Shown here: piece by piece, positions 12,011 through 25,649 of the stretch | Position numbering within the stretch: position 1 is the stretch's first letter | How the letters are laid out: every line of letters begins with the position of its first letter | Assembly (NCBI RefSeq): GCF_009834535.1 | Contig: NC_045696.1 | Location: 83,640,001-83,704,000 of the forward strand | DNA: 64,000 nucleotides | Reading direction: 5' to 3' | From: Camelus ferus | Lineage: Eukaryota | Notes under the pieces: model-generated | What the model saw: the letters and a program-made list of their open reading frames with translations, nothing else | What the model was told of the DNA's origin: nothing | The model's database searches: none | Position numbers and translations under genes: made by a program

Positions 12011-12629
12011 GAGAAAAGGAGACACTAAGCCAGAGAAACAGCAGTGGTAGCAGGAGACCTTCCCCCTAGTTCACCTGACTCCATCAAGCTGTCTGATTTC
12101 ACCAGCTGCTCCCCAACCTGACGAGCACGCGGGGCAGCACAGCCTTTGCAAATCTGAGCATTTAAGGCAGAACTTCTCACCAGCATCACTCATGAGCAGT
12201 GTCTTCGGAGCCCTTTAACATTAACGATTCCTGGGCACCTTGCGACTTTCTCTCCTTGTTGCCAATTCTGTTGGGTGCTCTTGGTCAACAAAGATCACTG
12301 CTTTAACATGAAATCACATCAACAAATCCATGCTGCAGACATTAAAAAGACGATCCTTCCTTAGCTCTTCAGTGACCTCACTACACCCTGCATTTTTATA
12401 TTATCCTGGTACAAAAATAAGCAACATATTTGCCTGCTCAAATATTTGAAATGCACTTCCTGTTTTACTGTTATTTATAGTGTTCTGTTGACTGCATATG
12501 ACACATTTTCCTTCAGATATAATAAATTGAAATAAGAATCAGTGAAGCATAATGAAAAACAGATGTTCCAGATTACAAAAATTATTTCAGATAAAATAAC
12601 ACCCTTGTTCAGTCATTCTCCCACCTGAT

Positions 12630-12790
12630 GCCCATCAGAATTACATCTGGTGACTGTTAAGATGTTAACCTTCTGGGGTCTGTCTCTAGAGATTCTTATT
12701 CAATAGGATTAGAGAAGGAGCCAGGAACTAAATTGTATTTAGCTTCCCCAGGTAATTCTGATGTGGGCAATGCTTTGGGAAACAGGCAAT
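12630..12790. mobile_element. MER5A-like hAT-Charlie MITE
   Basis: catcagaattacatctgg...agagattcttattcaatagg...ccccaggtaattctgatgtg...tttgggaaac. Confidence 0.7.
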
Positions 12791-15700
12791 CTCTGCTTTG
12801 TACTTGGTTCGTAGTGTCTCAGTAAAATGTGTTCAACTTTTGCCTCATCTACAAAGATTTTCGACTCCTCTCTCACTGAATCCAGGTATTACAGGAAGCT
12901 TGGAAATCAGGCCATCAAAACTATAAAGAAACTGATGTCTGTCAGCGCCATGTGGCATGAAAAACTTTTGTTTCTCCCCTTCAATCTACAATCAGTAGAA
13001 GATGCAGAACTCAACAGAGGTCCCTCTGCCCAGCACACCAGGATACCAGAGAGATCCACACATCTGCCTATGTGCAGGCAGGTGGACTGGAATGCACGCA
13101 GGAGGGAGAACCAGGGGGCCAGTGGAGACAGTGCCCATGGTCGCAGCCCCCTGACCACAGTGGCTGAGCCTGCAGCCTCAGAGAACCTAGTAGCAGCTGG
13201 GAAGGATGCACACACTACTCCAGCCTCCTGGATGCATCCAAACCTGTGAGCACAGGGAGCTGGGCAGTGGAAGCAGGAGAGCCCATGACCCGGCCCTCCA
13301 GCTGCAGGAGCACTCACGACTCTGGTCACCTCGCCACCTCCAGGAGCACCCCTGAGCCCAACAACTCCAGCCGTGGTGGAGATACCTGTGACTCCGACTC
13401 TTCCTCCCACCTCCTCCTCCCCTCATCATGGCTCCAGTGCCCATGACCTAGGTGACCCTGGATGTAGCAGAGGCACCTACCATCCCAGTTCCCCCAGTGG
13501 CAATGCCAGGGACAGCAGCAACAGCAATGACACTGGCAGCAGCAAGGCACCAGTGACACCAGAGGCACAGGCAGTGAGGATGAGGGCACCAGCGACACTT
13601 CTGGCAGAGAAAATGGAAGGTGGAAAATGCCAATTCTCTAATATAGCTAGAGGCAGCTCAGCTAAGAGAAACCAAAAACTTGTGCTTTATGCCACCCATT
13701 GAAAAACAAATGAAAGGTCTTTAATTACCAATCTGTTGCGTTGTTAGAATCAAAGTTTAAAAAGCTTTACCTAAATAAAAAAGGTGTTTGCTGCTCCAAA
13801 TGCGCCAGCAGAGGGACAAGTCACCAAGCACTGTGAAAAAACCATGGTAACATGGTATCACAAAAGGAAAATGACAATTCTCCAAAAATCAAACTTAGAG
13901 TCAGGTAACATTGTGATGTAACTGAAAGAAAATTCAAAATAGCTGTCATGAAGAAACTCAGTGAACTACAGGAAAACTAACAAAGGCAATTCAGTGAGCT
14001 CAGGAATAACATTAATTAACAGAAAGAACATTTTACCAGAGTGAATTCTTAAAAAATAAGCAGAATTTCTGGAACTGACGAACCCAATAAATGAGATGAA
14101 GAATGCATCAGAAAGCACTGGAAATAGAGCAATCATATGGAAGAGAATTAGTGAGCTTGAAGATAGAAATACAGAAATGACTCACATAGAAGAGGAGAGA
14201 GAACTAAGATTTTTTAAAAATGAAATTCTATGAGAACTATCTGACTCCATTAGGAAAGGCAGCTTAAAGATAACAGGAATCCCAGAAGGGGAAGAGAAGG
14301 GGAAAGGAGCAGAGTTTATTTAAAGAAATAACAGTTACCAACTTCCCAAACCTGGGGGATGAACTACATAGACAAGTCCATGAAGCTAAGAGACCACCTA
14401 ATTTTCTGAATGCAAAAATACCTTCTCCAAGACATATTCTATTTAAGCTGTCAAAAGTCATCGATACAGACTTTCCAGCCAGGGGGGAAAAGGCACTAAG
14501 CTACAAAAGGAACCTGCATTAGGCTATTAGCATATTTCTCAGCAGAAAGTCTACATGCCAGAAAAGAGTGGAATGACATATTCAAATATTAAAAGATAAA
14601 AACTATCAGCCAAGAATACTCTATTCCAGCAAAGTTGTCCTTCAGATATAAAGGAGAAATAAAGCCTTTCTCAGACAAACAAAAGCTGAGGGAGCTCATC
14701 ACCACTAGACCTGCCTTACAAGAAAGGTTGAAAGGAGCTCTTCTGCCTGAAATGAAAAGGCAAAAAGTACACAAAACTATGAGTAAGGTAATAAATAGAT
14801 AGAATCAGGAAATTGTAACTCTATATCAGAAAAGATCATTAAACACATAATGATAGCATAAAAGTTAAAAGGAGAGAGACAGTAAAAATAACATAGCTAC
14901 TTTAATTTGGTAATGAGCTTGCAATATAAAAAGGGATCATTTGAGACAACAAAAGCTGAAAAGGGGGAAAGTTAAAAGATAGAGCCTATTTGCCAAATGA
15001 CAATAAGACGTTATCTGCAGAAAAAGGACTATTTTATCTATGAGATGTTTTATACAAACCTTACAGTAACCACAAAACATGAATCTAGAGCAGAGGAACA
15101 AAATATAAAAAGAGTAAAGTGAGACAAAGATCATAGAAAACCACCAAACTAAAATGGCAGAAACACAAGGAAAAAGAGACAACGGACATGTAGAACAACC
15201 AGAAAACAAAAGATAAAATGACACTAAGTCCTCATTTATCAATAATCACCCTACATGTAAATGGATTGAATTCACCATCAAAAGACACAGAGTGACTGGA
15301 TGGATTAAACACGAGACCCAATATATGTTGGCTCCAGGAGAGGCATCTCAGCTTTAAACACAAACATAGCCTAAGATGTGAGGACAATACTCCAAGCAAA
15401 TGGCAGCCAAAAGAACACGTATAGTCATACTCACACCAGACAAAATAAATGTCAAGCCAAAACAGGTAACAAGAGACAAATGTGGACATTATACAATGAC
15501 AGAGGGGACAATCCACCAAGAAAACATTAAATTTATTAATACATATATACCTAACATGAGAGCACCAAAAATATATAAAGCAATTATTAACAGATAAATG
15601 GAGAAATTGACAGCAACACAGTAATAACAGAGGACTTTAACTCCTCACCTACATCAATGGATAGATCATCCAGACAGAAAGTCAACAAGAAAACAGTAGC

Positions 15701-16824
15701 CTTATGTGAAACATTATAACAGATGGCCTTAATAGATTTATACAGAACATCCCACCCAAATGCAGCAAAATACGCATACCTCTCATGGAACTTTCTCAAG
15801 AATAAACCATATGTTGGGACACAAAACAAGTCTGAAATTAAATGAGATTGAAATCATATCAAGCATTGTTTCTGATCGCAATGGTGTGAAACTAGAAATC
15901 AACTGCAAGAAGAAAGCTGGAAAATACGTGGAGACTAAACAACATGCTACTGAACAGTTACTGGGTCAATGAAGAAATCAAAAGAGAAATAAAGAAAAAA
16001 TATCTGAAGACAAATAAAAATGAAAACACAATATACCAAAATCTATGGGATGCAGCAAAAGTTGTACTAAAAGGGAAGTTTATAGCAACAGGCCAAACTC
16101 AAAAAAAAAGAAAAATCTCACATAAATAATCTAACCTTACAACTAGAGGAACCAGAAAAAGAAGAACAAGTGAAGCTCAGTGCCAGTAGAAGAAAGGAAA
16201 TAATAAAAATCAAATGGAAATAAATGAAATAGAGTCTAAAAAGACAATAGAAAACATCAATGAAACTCAAAGCTGGTTCTCTGAAAAAAAAAATTGTCAA
16301 AGCTTTAGCTAGACTCAGTAAGTAAAAAAAGAGGCAAAGCTTAGGCAAACAAAATCAGAGTGGAAGAGGAAAAATTACAAAAGATTCCACAGAAATACAA
16401 AAGGGTATAAGAGAAATACTATGAACAGCTATACGCCAACCAACTGGACAACCTAGAAGAAATGGATGAATTCTTACAATCAACCAACCTCTGAAGACTG
16501 ACTCCTGAAGAAACAGAAAATCTGAATAGTTCAATAATTAGTAAGGAGATTGAAAGAGTAATCTAAAAGGAGCCCTCATACACTGTTGGTGGGAATGCAA
16601 ATTGGTCCAGCCCCTATGGAAAATAGTGTGGAGATTTCTCAAAAAATTAAGAATACAACTACCATACGATCCAGTTAGTCCACTTTGGGGTATTTATTTC
16701 AAAGAATATGAAAACACTAGTTTGAAAAGATGTATGCATCTCTATGTTCATTGCAGCACTGTTTACAATGGCCAAGATATGGAAACAACCAAAGTGCCTA
16801 TCAGTGGTCAAATGGATAAAGAAG

Positions 16825-16825
<1 letters not shown>

Positions 16826-16874
<49 letters not shown>
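16826..16874. repeat. (TG)24 microsatellite inside L1
   Basis: Uninterrupted TG run. Confidence 0.95.
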
Positions 16875-16875
<1 letters not shown>

Positions 16876-17233
16876 GGTGTATACACACACAATGGAATGC
16901 TACTCAGCCATTAAAAAAGATAAAATCTTGCCATTTGCAGCAACATGGTTGGACCTTGAGGGTATTATGTTAAATGAAGTAAGTCAGATGGAGAAAGACA
17001 AATACAGAATGATTTCATTCATTCGTGGAACATAAAAATAACTAAATGAAGCAGCAAAACAAAACAAAAAGCAAACACATAGATATGGAGAACAGACAGT
17101 GGTTACCAGAGGGGAAGGAGCATGGTAGGGGAGGGTGAAATGGGTAAAGGGATCTACTATATTGTGACAGATGGAAACAAAGCTTTTGGTGGTAAGCACA
17201 ATGTAGTGCATACAGAAGTCTAAACATAATGTT

Positions 17234-17355
17234 GGAGGAGGGTACAGCTCAGTGGTAGAGCACATGTTTAGCATGCAGGAGGTCCTGGGTTCAATCCTGA
17301 GTACCTCCTTTAAAAATAAATAAATGAACCTAATTACCTCCCCAAAATTAAAATA
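17234..17355 (+). mobile_element. tRNA-derived camelid SINE (Vic-1-like) inserted in L1 3' UTR
   Basis: gagggtacagctcagtggtagagcac (A box), ggttcaatcc (B box), A-rich tail; imperfect TSD aaacataatgttg / aaaaataatgctg. Confidence 0.85.
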
Positions 17356-19029
17356 AAAATAATGCTGTACACATGAAACTTACATAATGTTTAAACCAAT
17401 GCTACCTCAATTTAAAAATCTGTAAAAGAAAATCCTTTGACATTTTATTTACTTTGAGGGAGAAAATGATGACCTCTTATCCTTCGGTAGGGCTATAGAC
17501 TAGCTAGAGATCGAGAGGCTTTTCTCTCAAGCAGCTCTAATGCTAACTTCTCTAACTGTAAGCTGGCTCTGGCCCCAAAATGCAGGGATTTACGGACAGA
17601 GCACTCCATACTCACGGGGATTACATGAATAGGGCCTTTACTGCCAGATTTAGTTTAGGATCCAAGAAGTACAAGCTGTGATTCCTCACAAGACTGGGTC
17701 TGAAGTCCAGGGCAGAAAGCTGGGTCAGGGACCAGATGAAGTGGTCAGAAGATACAAACAGTAAAGAGGAAAACCAGGCACAGAAGAGCTGTAATAGCCT
17801 TGTGTGGACACTGGAACCACTGGCAGAACACAAACAAACAAACAGAAATACTAACGTCCAGATCTCCTCTCAGATGAACCAAATCAGCTCTTGCTTTGGT
17901 GCTTATAGTGCAATTGTTGTTCCAGTAAAACTATTTAAGATTAAAAACAAAACTCTGGAGGTGGACGCCAAATAGGCACTCTAAAAGTTCTCCAGGTGAT
18001 TGCATGCGAAGTCAACTTTGAGACCCACTCCTCTGAATATCGCCTTTCTCTGAATAATTTGTGTCCCTGACTGATGACATTCATTGACCCAGCTGCAAAT
18101 AAAAAGGCTCAAATTCCAGTACCTTTGGTCAATACTATTGATCTTTCAGCTTCAATACTATGTCTGTGATAATGTCTTTCCTGATTCCCATCCCAGTCTC
18201 TTTTTTCCCTCTGTGCTCTATCATACACAGTATATTTTTGGCTGTATCATGGCACCTATAAATTCTGTGCACTTGTCTGTCTCCTCCATTGGGCTCCCAG
18301 AGAGCGTGCTTTATGTGTCTTTGCATTGCCATCCCACTTTGCAGAGTCTGGCAGGTGACAGACTCAATAAATATTTGTTGAATTCTTAAGAATTTATTTA
18401 TCATTAAATACATATTTAACCACCATGTAACTCATTTTCAACATTTATAAAAGGAAGAGATTGAAATGCATTGTACTTAAATCTTAATCCCTTTGAGATC
18501 TAAAATCCTGATTTTTTTCTTCTTAGAAACATTAGAGAGAAAATATTTTCCCTTAAATTCAGTTAAGAAAGCAAATAAATCCACACATTAAGAAAAGATC
18601 AGAAGAGAGAAGAAAACTTAACTTGTCAATTTCCAGTACCATCATTCTCTACCGTATTACCTCACCACAGCCCCATTGCAACACTGAAAACATTGCAACA
18701 TTTTACCATTTCAGAAAAGGTAAAATGCAGGAATTAAGATCCATGATAAAAAGAAACTCTGGCCAGAATATATGAATTGATGCTCAGTACAGCATTTAAG
18801 TATCAGCACACACACACACAAAAACACTTTTCTTTTAATAATAAAATGAAAGCTCATTTCCTGATACTAAAATATAATTTAATAGCAAGCAAAGGGCTCA
18901 GTTTCAGAGAATGAGGAAAAAAAGAATCAAAGAGATGAAATTAAACAGCACCAAAGCAGAAAATCTGACATTATTAGTAGCCTTGTGCTACCTTAAGAAG
19001 AAGAAAGAAAAGGAAAAAAGAGATTCACA

Positions 19030-19240
19030 ACAACCATTATTGAGTCCCTACTATGTGCCAAGTGCTTCAAGTACATTTGGGTTTTAAACATCCAGTAGCA
19101 TTCTGCAGGGAAGGTGTTACGAATCTCACTTTACAGATGAGAAACATGGAATGGGACGGTTACACTTGCCACACGTACACTTGGCAGATCTGGGATCTGA
19201 ACCTACTACTAGTGAATGGCTATGACTCTAGGTACTCTCA
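19030..19240 (-). mobile_element. MIR SINE
   Basis: ttattgagtccctactatgtgccaagtgct...cactttacagatgagaaacatg...gggatctgaacct. Confidence 0.75.
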
Positions 19241-22200
19241 TCTCCTGAAACAAACTTTGAAAGGATCTCCAGATCTGAGCTTTCTCAACGTCTAGGGTCA
19301 TATAATACATCACAAACCAGGACAAAATAAAAGTAGGAAGGAACACATAAGACAGCTGAAATTGTGCCACAGATACATTCCACCTTTTAATAGTTTTTTT
19401 TTTTTCACTGAAAGAGTAAATCCTGGGACCCAAACAAGTTAGTCAGGCTTGTTACCAGTCCTGTCAGCTTGGCTGGCATCTCCCCTGGATTCCAGCCGGG
19501 TGCAATATGGTATGCGACGTCCCTTCTTTTGTTTTAAGGTATATTTGGAGAAGGTCTGCCCTGCTGGGCGGTGCAAATGGTAACTCACTGGTAACTTGAA
19601 GTCTGCGCCTGACTTCTTCCTGTATTGAAACAGGCTGGTTTTATTTATTTTTAATTTTTTTATTTTTTGAGGGGGTAGGTTGCCAGCGCTGTTTCGATTA
19701 GTGTAAATTCCATTGGGCCTCTGAGCCCGGGTTAAGTGAAGGAGGTTAACCCCGTGGGAAAAATGAATTCAGGGGCTTGAAAGTGGTTGATTTAACACCC
19801 AGAGTTTAGTTAACCTACAGTTGAACCTATTTACTTACTAATTTCTAAGCAAAACAGAATAGAGCACCTGGTTTATTGGTTTAATCTCTCTCTCATTATG
19901 GGACAAGATCCTTCTCATATTCTGATTTATATACATTCACTGATCACATTACTTACTGTTAATGCTGGACCTTACATGTTCCTCTTGCTTTTAACTATAT
20001 AGAAAAAAAAAAATACCCTCGGCCCTAGTCAAGATTTTCAGAGAGTCTATTTTTCACACGTAGAAAAGTCCAATTATTTCTTACTCAATTATAAACTCCT
20101 GTGGTAGGAGAAAGAAGGTTCCTAATAATGATACTCTTAACGAAATCAAATAACTTGACAGTGTTTCACCATTTTGGGTTTTGAATAGAAAACTATTCAA
20201 ATCTCTTTACTTTATGTTTTCCACAGAATATATGAATAAAAGGAAAATAAGTTAGTCACATTTTGTAACAATTAGTATGTCAGGAATTTCAACATGCTCT
20301 AAAGAAGTACTTAAAATGGAAAATGACTGCAATTCCAAGGGTTTTTTTTTTCAACATAGTCTAGGAATTAGATATTCTAATAAATAGAGGATTATTGTCT
20401 ATATTATACATAGAGTAAATATTTTCAAAGAATTAAAATTTTCTGAATACTGAAGCGACTTGGAAAATATAATTTAATCTTTCTTTGATAAGTCAGGGGT
20501 ATTTTAAAATCTTATATATTTTCAGGGTCACAATAATAAACATCATTTAATAAAATTTAACTTGTTACTGCCAAAACACAAATGCCATTATTAAAAGAAA
20601 TGCCAGATTCACAGAGTGACTAATAAACCATACTTTACTGTAACATGTAGTATTTTAGAAGGTATGCCCACTCTGTATTTCCATTTATAGTATTAAGAAA
20701 TAACTATTTGTGGTCATGAACCTCCACACTCTAGAGCTAATCAAATATAACTGCATATGACTTCGTGCCCCTGCATGTTGTCATTACAGAAGTGGGATTT
20801 GGCATGACAACTCTATTCCTTACTAAAATCCCATGTAACATTAAGAGCCATGTTTCAAATACACAAAAGCAAATCTAACAGATTTAATGTTTTCTCAGAA
20901 ATCAATTCTCAACCTAAGTAGAGGAAACTTCCCATTCAACTTACAAGTTATAAGGAATCAACCAATTTTTCTATATAAACTGGAAACAAAAAACAGATAT
21001 ACTTTTAAAATTATTTGAAGTCATTATGACTCTTGAGAGAAATGTTCTTTTGCAATGTTACAAAGGGGACCTCAACTTTCTCATTTGGAGGATTGGAGGA
21101 TTTATCTGTTAACTAATATTGATACATTTACTATAATGTGCAGGAATTCTGTAAATGGACTACATTAATGCAGTCAATAGCATCCACTGAATGCATTAAG
21201 CATCCACCAAATTTTAAAACAGAAATATTGACTGGAACATGCACAGCCATCATGTTCATACTGAACACAGACATAGTTTTAACATTTCAATCATGGAGAG
21301 ATTTCTCAAATGTTACTTTTTTTGTAATAAAAAAATAATTGGGTGGGAAGCTGTTTTGAGGGTGGAGAATATTAAGAACATTCTGCACATCAAATGGATC
21401 AAAGAGAAAAACTCTTGAAAAACCACACCTTCTTAACTGTGGAACAATGATGACAGAAACCCAGAATTGCCACAGAATCTTGGAAGAACTTCATGAAGCC
21501 AGTCACCTGGGAAGTAGTTATATAATTGTGTGCTCAGCAAGGTCTTCACGACTCACACAAATGTGGATGAGCTATGGTTCCATCATCCCCACTGTCATAT
21601 AAGCTACTAATTTTTATTTTGATTTCTTGAAGCCAATCTTCAAAATATGTATTTTAAAAAGTAGATTTATAATTTCAAAAAAATCTTCTAAGAACAGTGT
21701 TTACATAACCAACTGGAAAAGATGTATCGGTTAATCAAAAGTTAAAAATAAACCATACTAATTTTACCATTTTTTTCCTTGTTCTTAGTTTCATTTTTGA
21801 ATAGGCAATTCATTCACATAGTACTAGATTGAGAAGTTAATAATATTTTACCAACTTCTTTATATTGTTGAGAGACATGACTGTGCCCCAAGCAAGTGCT
21901 AAAAATAGTAAACTTCCATTAATATCATGTCTTGCTTCTCTTCCACATCCTGTTACAACATTTCAGCCCTCTAGTTTTAACTCTGTATCTTCAGTATTTT
22001 CAGGTACTGCTACAACCAATATGAAGAATTTCCTTATGACATGCTTTGTAAACTGTGTAGCATTTAAATTTATTTTTCTAGACTTTATGCTATTTCTTTA
22101 TTCTAATGTGTCACCCCTTCTGGGCACTAAAATGATTATCAAAATAAGCTGCTTCTCCACCTCACATGAAGAACAGAGATAAGGAGTGTAATACACATAG

Positions 22201-22374
22201 TTAGCTAGTGGTTTATTGAGAAAGCTCTGATAATATTGAGAAACATGCCCAATTTAAAAATTCTTCTAACAGAGAATGTTTGCCTTTAAAATTTTATAAT
22301 CAAAAACTAATCTATGAAGAGACAAATTAAAGACAAATCTAGAAAATGCTAAATACAGCACATAGCTCAAACTC

Positions 22375-22490
22375 ACCCTGTTATAAATGAGGAGATTTAG
22401 GCCCAGAGAAATTAAGCAGTTTACCCAAGATCACAGAGCTAATTAATGACAAATCTGAGACGAGAACCTAGTCTCCAGAGCTCCGATCCT
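22375..22490 (-). mobile_element. MIR SINE core
   Basis: ataaatgaggagatttaggcccagagaaattaagcagtttacccaagatcacagagctaattaatgaca. Confidence 0.75.
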
Positions 22491-22857
22491 GATCTCATTT
22501 GGTTGTCAAACTTATTTCCTTTAATGCATATTGTCTTCGAATGTCCTGCAAAGATGGTATATATTCAAGTCATGGAGAGGGAGTTCCCTCAGATCTTTGT
22601 GGGAAGAAATAATTAAGTCGGTCTATGAAGGAATTGGATAAATTCATGGATGTATTTACAATAATTTGAGAAAGAGAATTAGAGATGTCTGCAGGCTACC
22701 ATTAAAATTTTCTGCCAGATATGCCCCCTGCACTCAATTGAAACTGAACTCCCCACAATGATGGGCACACGTCAGCGGCCATCTCAGGGCTGATTGTCCT
22801 TCAAGTCTGACCAGCTCCAGCCTCTGCTTTCTGTGACACTACCTTGTCTTGGCCATC

Positions 22858-23080
22858 TTTTTTTTTTTTTAATTGAAGTATAGTCGATTTACAATGTTGT
22901 GTTAGTCTCTGGTGTACAGCACTGTGATTCAGTTATACACACAACACACACACATATATTTATATATAGATTATTTTTCATTATAGGTTACTACAAGGTA
23001 CTGAATATAGTTCCCTGCATTATGCAGTAGGGCCCTGTTGTCTCTCTGTTTTATATATAGCATGTGCATCTGCCAATCCC
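22858..23080 (-). mobile_element. Short L1 3'-end insertion (artiodactyl/camelid type)
   Basis: poly-T then aattgaagtatagtcgatttacaatgttgtgttag...gaatatagttccctg. Confidence 0.85.
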
Positions 23081-23099
23081 TTTTTTGAGTCCCTTCTTG

Positions 23100-23760
23100 G
23101 CCTCTCTCACTCTCTGCCTCCATAATTATAGCTCTTCCTTCAGGCCCTCTGCTACTTCTCTTTCACTGTGACCCACCCATTCGCACTGTATTTTTCTGTG
23201 TAGATGCTTTCCAAATGTTCAGCTCCTGCTCTTCACCCTGGGCTGTATTTCCAACTGTCCATGGCGTATCTCCACTTGAATGTCCTGCAAGTACCTCAAA
23301 ATCGACTTGTTTAATAATGCTTTTCCATTTAAAAAATCTCCTGACTTCCATGTTTCTGTGTTCTTCTAATAAATCAGGTGCAAGACCTTGGAACCTTCTT
23401 TGGTTCTTTAATTCTGTTTCCAACACATATCCTCTCCCTACCCTTTGTAACCTTCTCTGTAATTGACCTCATAGTCCTCCTCTCTCCTACCCCAATTGCC
23501 CTGCTTGACTATTACATAAAACTTTGAAATCTTTAGTTTGTCTCCCACTCTCCAGCCCCTCCTTGATAGATCCATTCATGTTACCTCCAGATGAGTCTTT
23601 GTGAAAGGTTCTTTACATCACTTGACATTCTCCTAGTCAAACCCTTCAAATTCCCTCGTGTTATATCAAATGCATGTAGTCTAGCATTGAAGGCCATACA
23701 CAGTCCACTACTGTCACATCTTCCATGCAACCTTTGAGCTTTAAGGTCTGGTCCATGCCA
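23100..23760 (+). mobile_element. L2 LINE fragment
   Basis: tatttccaactgtccatggcgtatctccacttgaatgtcctgcaagtacctcaaa, tagcattgaaggccatacacagtc. Confidence 0.65.
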
Positions 23761-24284
23761 CACATCTAATGCCAGATAGAAGGGAAGCTACAAGACACTT
23801 AGTCCTAAGCCACTTTCTCTGACCCATCTAAGTAGAGTCACTCTGACCAACTTGTGGTCCTTGCAGCATTTGCCCTTGCAATTCAACTTCTCTAGTCTTG
23901 CTACTCTTTGTCATTCCTCTGTCTTTCAACGCTTCAGTCACCTCTCTTCAAGCCTCTCACCTTGACTGCCACTTGTAGCCACTCAAGATAAACATTCTTC
24001 TTTATTCTGGAACATTAAGCCATGCCACAAGTCTTTCACATTCTTCCTTTCCTACGTACTCTAGGGTTTGCTGTGTTTACTCAAAAACTTTACAGAAAGC
24101 TACTTCTGGATGAGAGCCCTCACTCCTGGACATATAGGCGATGCAATGTCTCCTATGAAGGCTCAAGCACTTATGACTTTGGATCTAGCCTTCCCCAACT
24201 CTTTCCATTGATCGCATTTTCCTCACTTTGAGCTCATCAGAATTACTGAGCATTACCCAGAAAGAATACTTCTCTGAAATTCTA

Positions 24285-24697
24285 CAGCAGTTGTCAAATA
24301 GAAATATAGTGTATGCCACCAGTGTGAGCCACATATCAAATTTTAAAACTTCAGTAGCCGTATTATAAAAGAAAAAAGAGTGTAGCTCTAGTGCTTGGCA
24401 TACACAAGGTCCTGGGTTCGATCCCAGTGCCTTTGTTAAGGGGTAAAAAAACCATAAAAAGAGATAGATGAAATGGGTTTTAGATCTTATTTTATTGAAT
24501 ATAACCAAAATATTATTTAAACATGAAATTAATATTAGAATTATTAATGAGATGTTTTACATTCTTTTTTTTTCATTTGAAGTCTTCAAAATCCAGGGTG
24601 TATTTCATAGTTACAGCACATCTCAAGGCAGAATAGCCACATTTCAGATGCTTGACAGCAGCACGTGGCTAGAGGCCACCAGAATGGACAGTACCGA
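24285..24697. mobile_element. MER33 hAT-Charlie element interrupted by a SINE
   Basis: gttgtcaaatagaaatatag...agccacatat...aattattaatgagatgttttacattc...acagcacatctcaa...tagccacatttcag...gtggctagaggccacc. Confidence 0.85.
24379..24458 (+). mobile_element. Truncated tRNA-derived camelid SINE nested in MER33
   Basis: gtgtagctc...gcttggcatacacaaggtcctgggttcgatcccagtgcc, flanked by aaaaagag on both sides. Confidence 0.7.
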
Positions 24698-25649
24698 TCT
24701 GTCACACTGGCTGATTTGTTTGGCATTTGGCACGTGATGGCTTGAAAAGTTAACTACTTTTCATGAATAGATGACTAGAGTCTAAATTGTCAGCCCCTGG
24801 GGTATTGGAGTAGCCAATGCCAGGAGGGCTGGAGCAGGAGAACAAGTATTCAGGACTGGGACACTGGCAGTCTGACAGAAGCCAGCACCATGTACAGAGG
24901 TTATTATAATGCATCGTTATAAGAGTTAAAACAGAAAATGAAGCCCAATGCTGGGGTAGCTGCACAGCTCTCCATTCCTCTCCTGTATCCTCTCAGACCT
25001 CCTCCTATTTAGTTGCACCCAAGGAAGAATATAAGGTACTAGTCAAATAATTTAGAAATTATTAACAATTATAAATATGATAAGTAAGCTAGAAGTGTAT
25101 TCAGGAGCTCATAACTGGGAAAAACTCACCTAGTATGCAGAGGAAATTTAAAATGAAACCTGAAGGGAATGTAGACAAAAGGAAGTAGGGGAGAGAAGAA
25201 TGTTCTAGGCAAAAAGAACAGCCTGTGCAAAGGCCCTCAGGCATAGACATGAAGAAAGGGCCCCGAGAAGCTGTCTAGGAGCCTAAGCCCTGGCGTGTCC
25301 CCAGCACAATCCACAGGGCTACCTGTAGAATCTTAAGGAAGTGAAACACAGTGAAAATGTACCATGTGTCTATCAGGGAATCTGGCCCAGAGTTAGGGGC
25401 TGAGATTGGACAAAGCTTCTGGGTCTGATCTTAACCAGTTTGGGGAGGGTGTTATACTCTTTCCAATCCCATAATTCTTGGGAGATGTGACAATGCCAAA
25501 AGCACCCTCATTCTCTCCCTAGAAATAGGATTTCCTGAGCTGACATCTGAGGGAGAGTGAGGTCAGTCTCACTGCATTCACGTCTCAGAAGCCACAGGTG
25601 CTATCGCATCATGTTTAATCATGAGCGGTTCCTCGATTAATTGTCTTGA

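Larger units (their letters stand above)
12932..17418 (+). mobile_element. Decayed L1: 5' UTR, ORF1 (~13800-14780), ORF2 endonuclease (from ATG 15218), internal deletion at ~16565, ORF2 C-terminus and 3' UTR
   Basis: ORF1 C-terminal motifs (PRILYSSKVVL/LSFRYKGEIK..SDKQKLRE); ORF2 start SIITLHVNGLNSP; ORF-track peptides [58 protein letters not shown]; many stops and frameshifts. Confidence 0.95.

Noticed and set aside
12827..13702. Cluster of 100-167 aa ORFs and degenerate cagcag/gcaccag repeats
   Set aside because: Lies in the GC-rich L1 5' UTR, where sub-repeats and open frames are usual
17234..17310. tRNA-like sequence with A and B boxes
   Set aside because: Followed by SINE body and A-rich tail with TSD; a SINE head, not a tRNA gene
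18674..18727. Direct repeat cattgcaaca x2 and hairpin cattttacc...ggtaaaatg
   Set aside because: Short and AT-rich; plausible by chance or a tiny MITE relic; too short for a pre-miRNA
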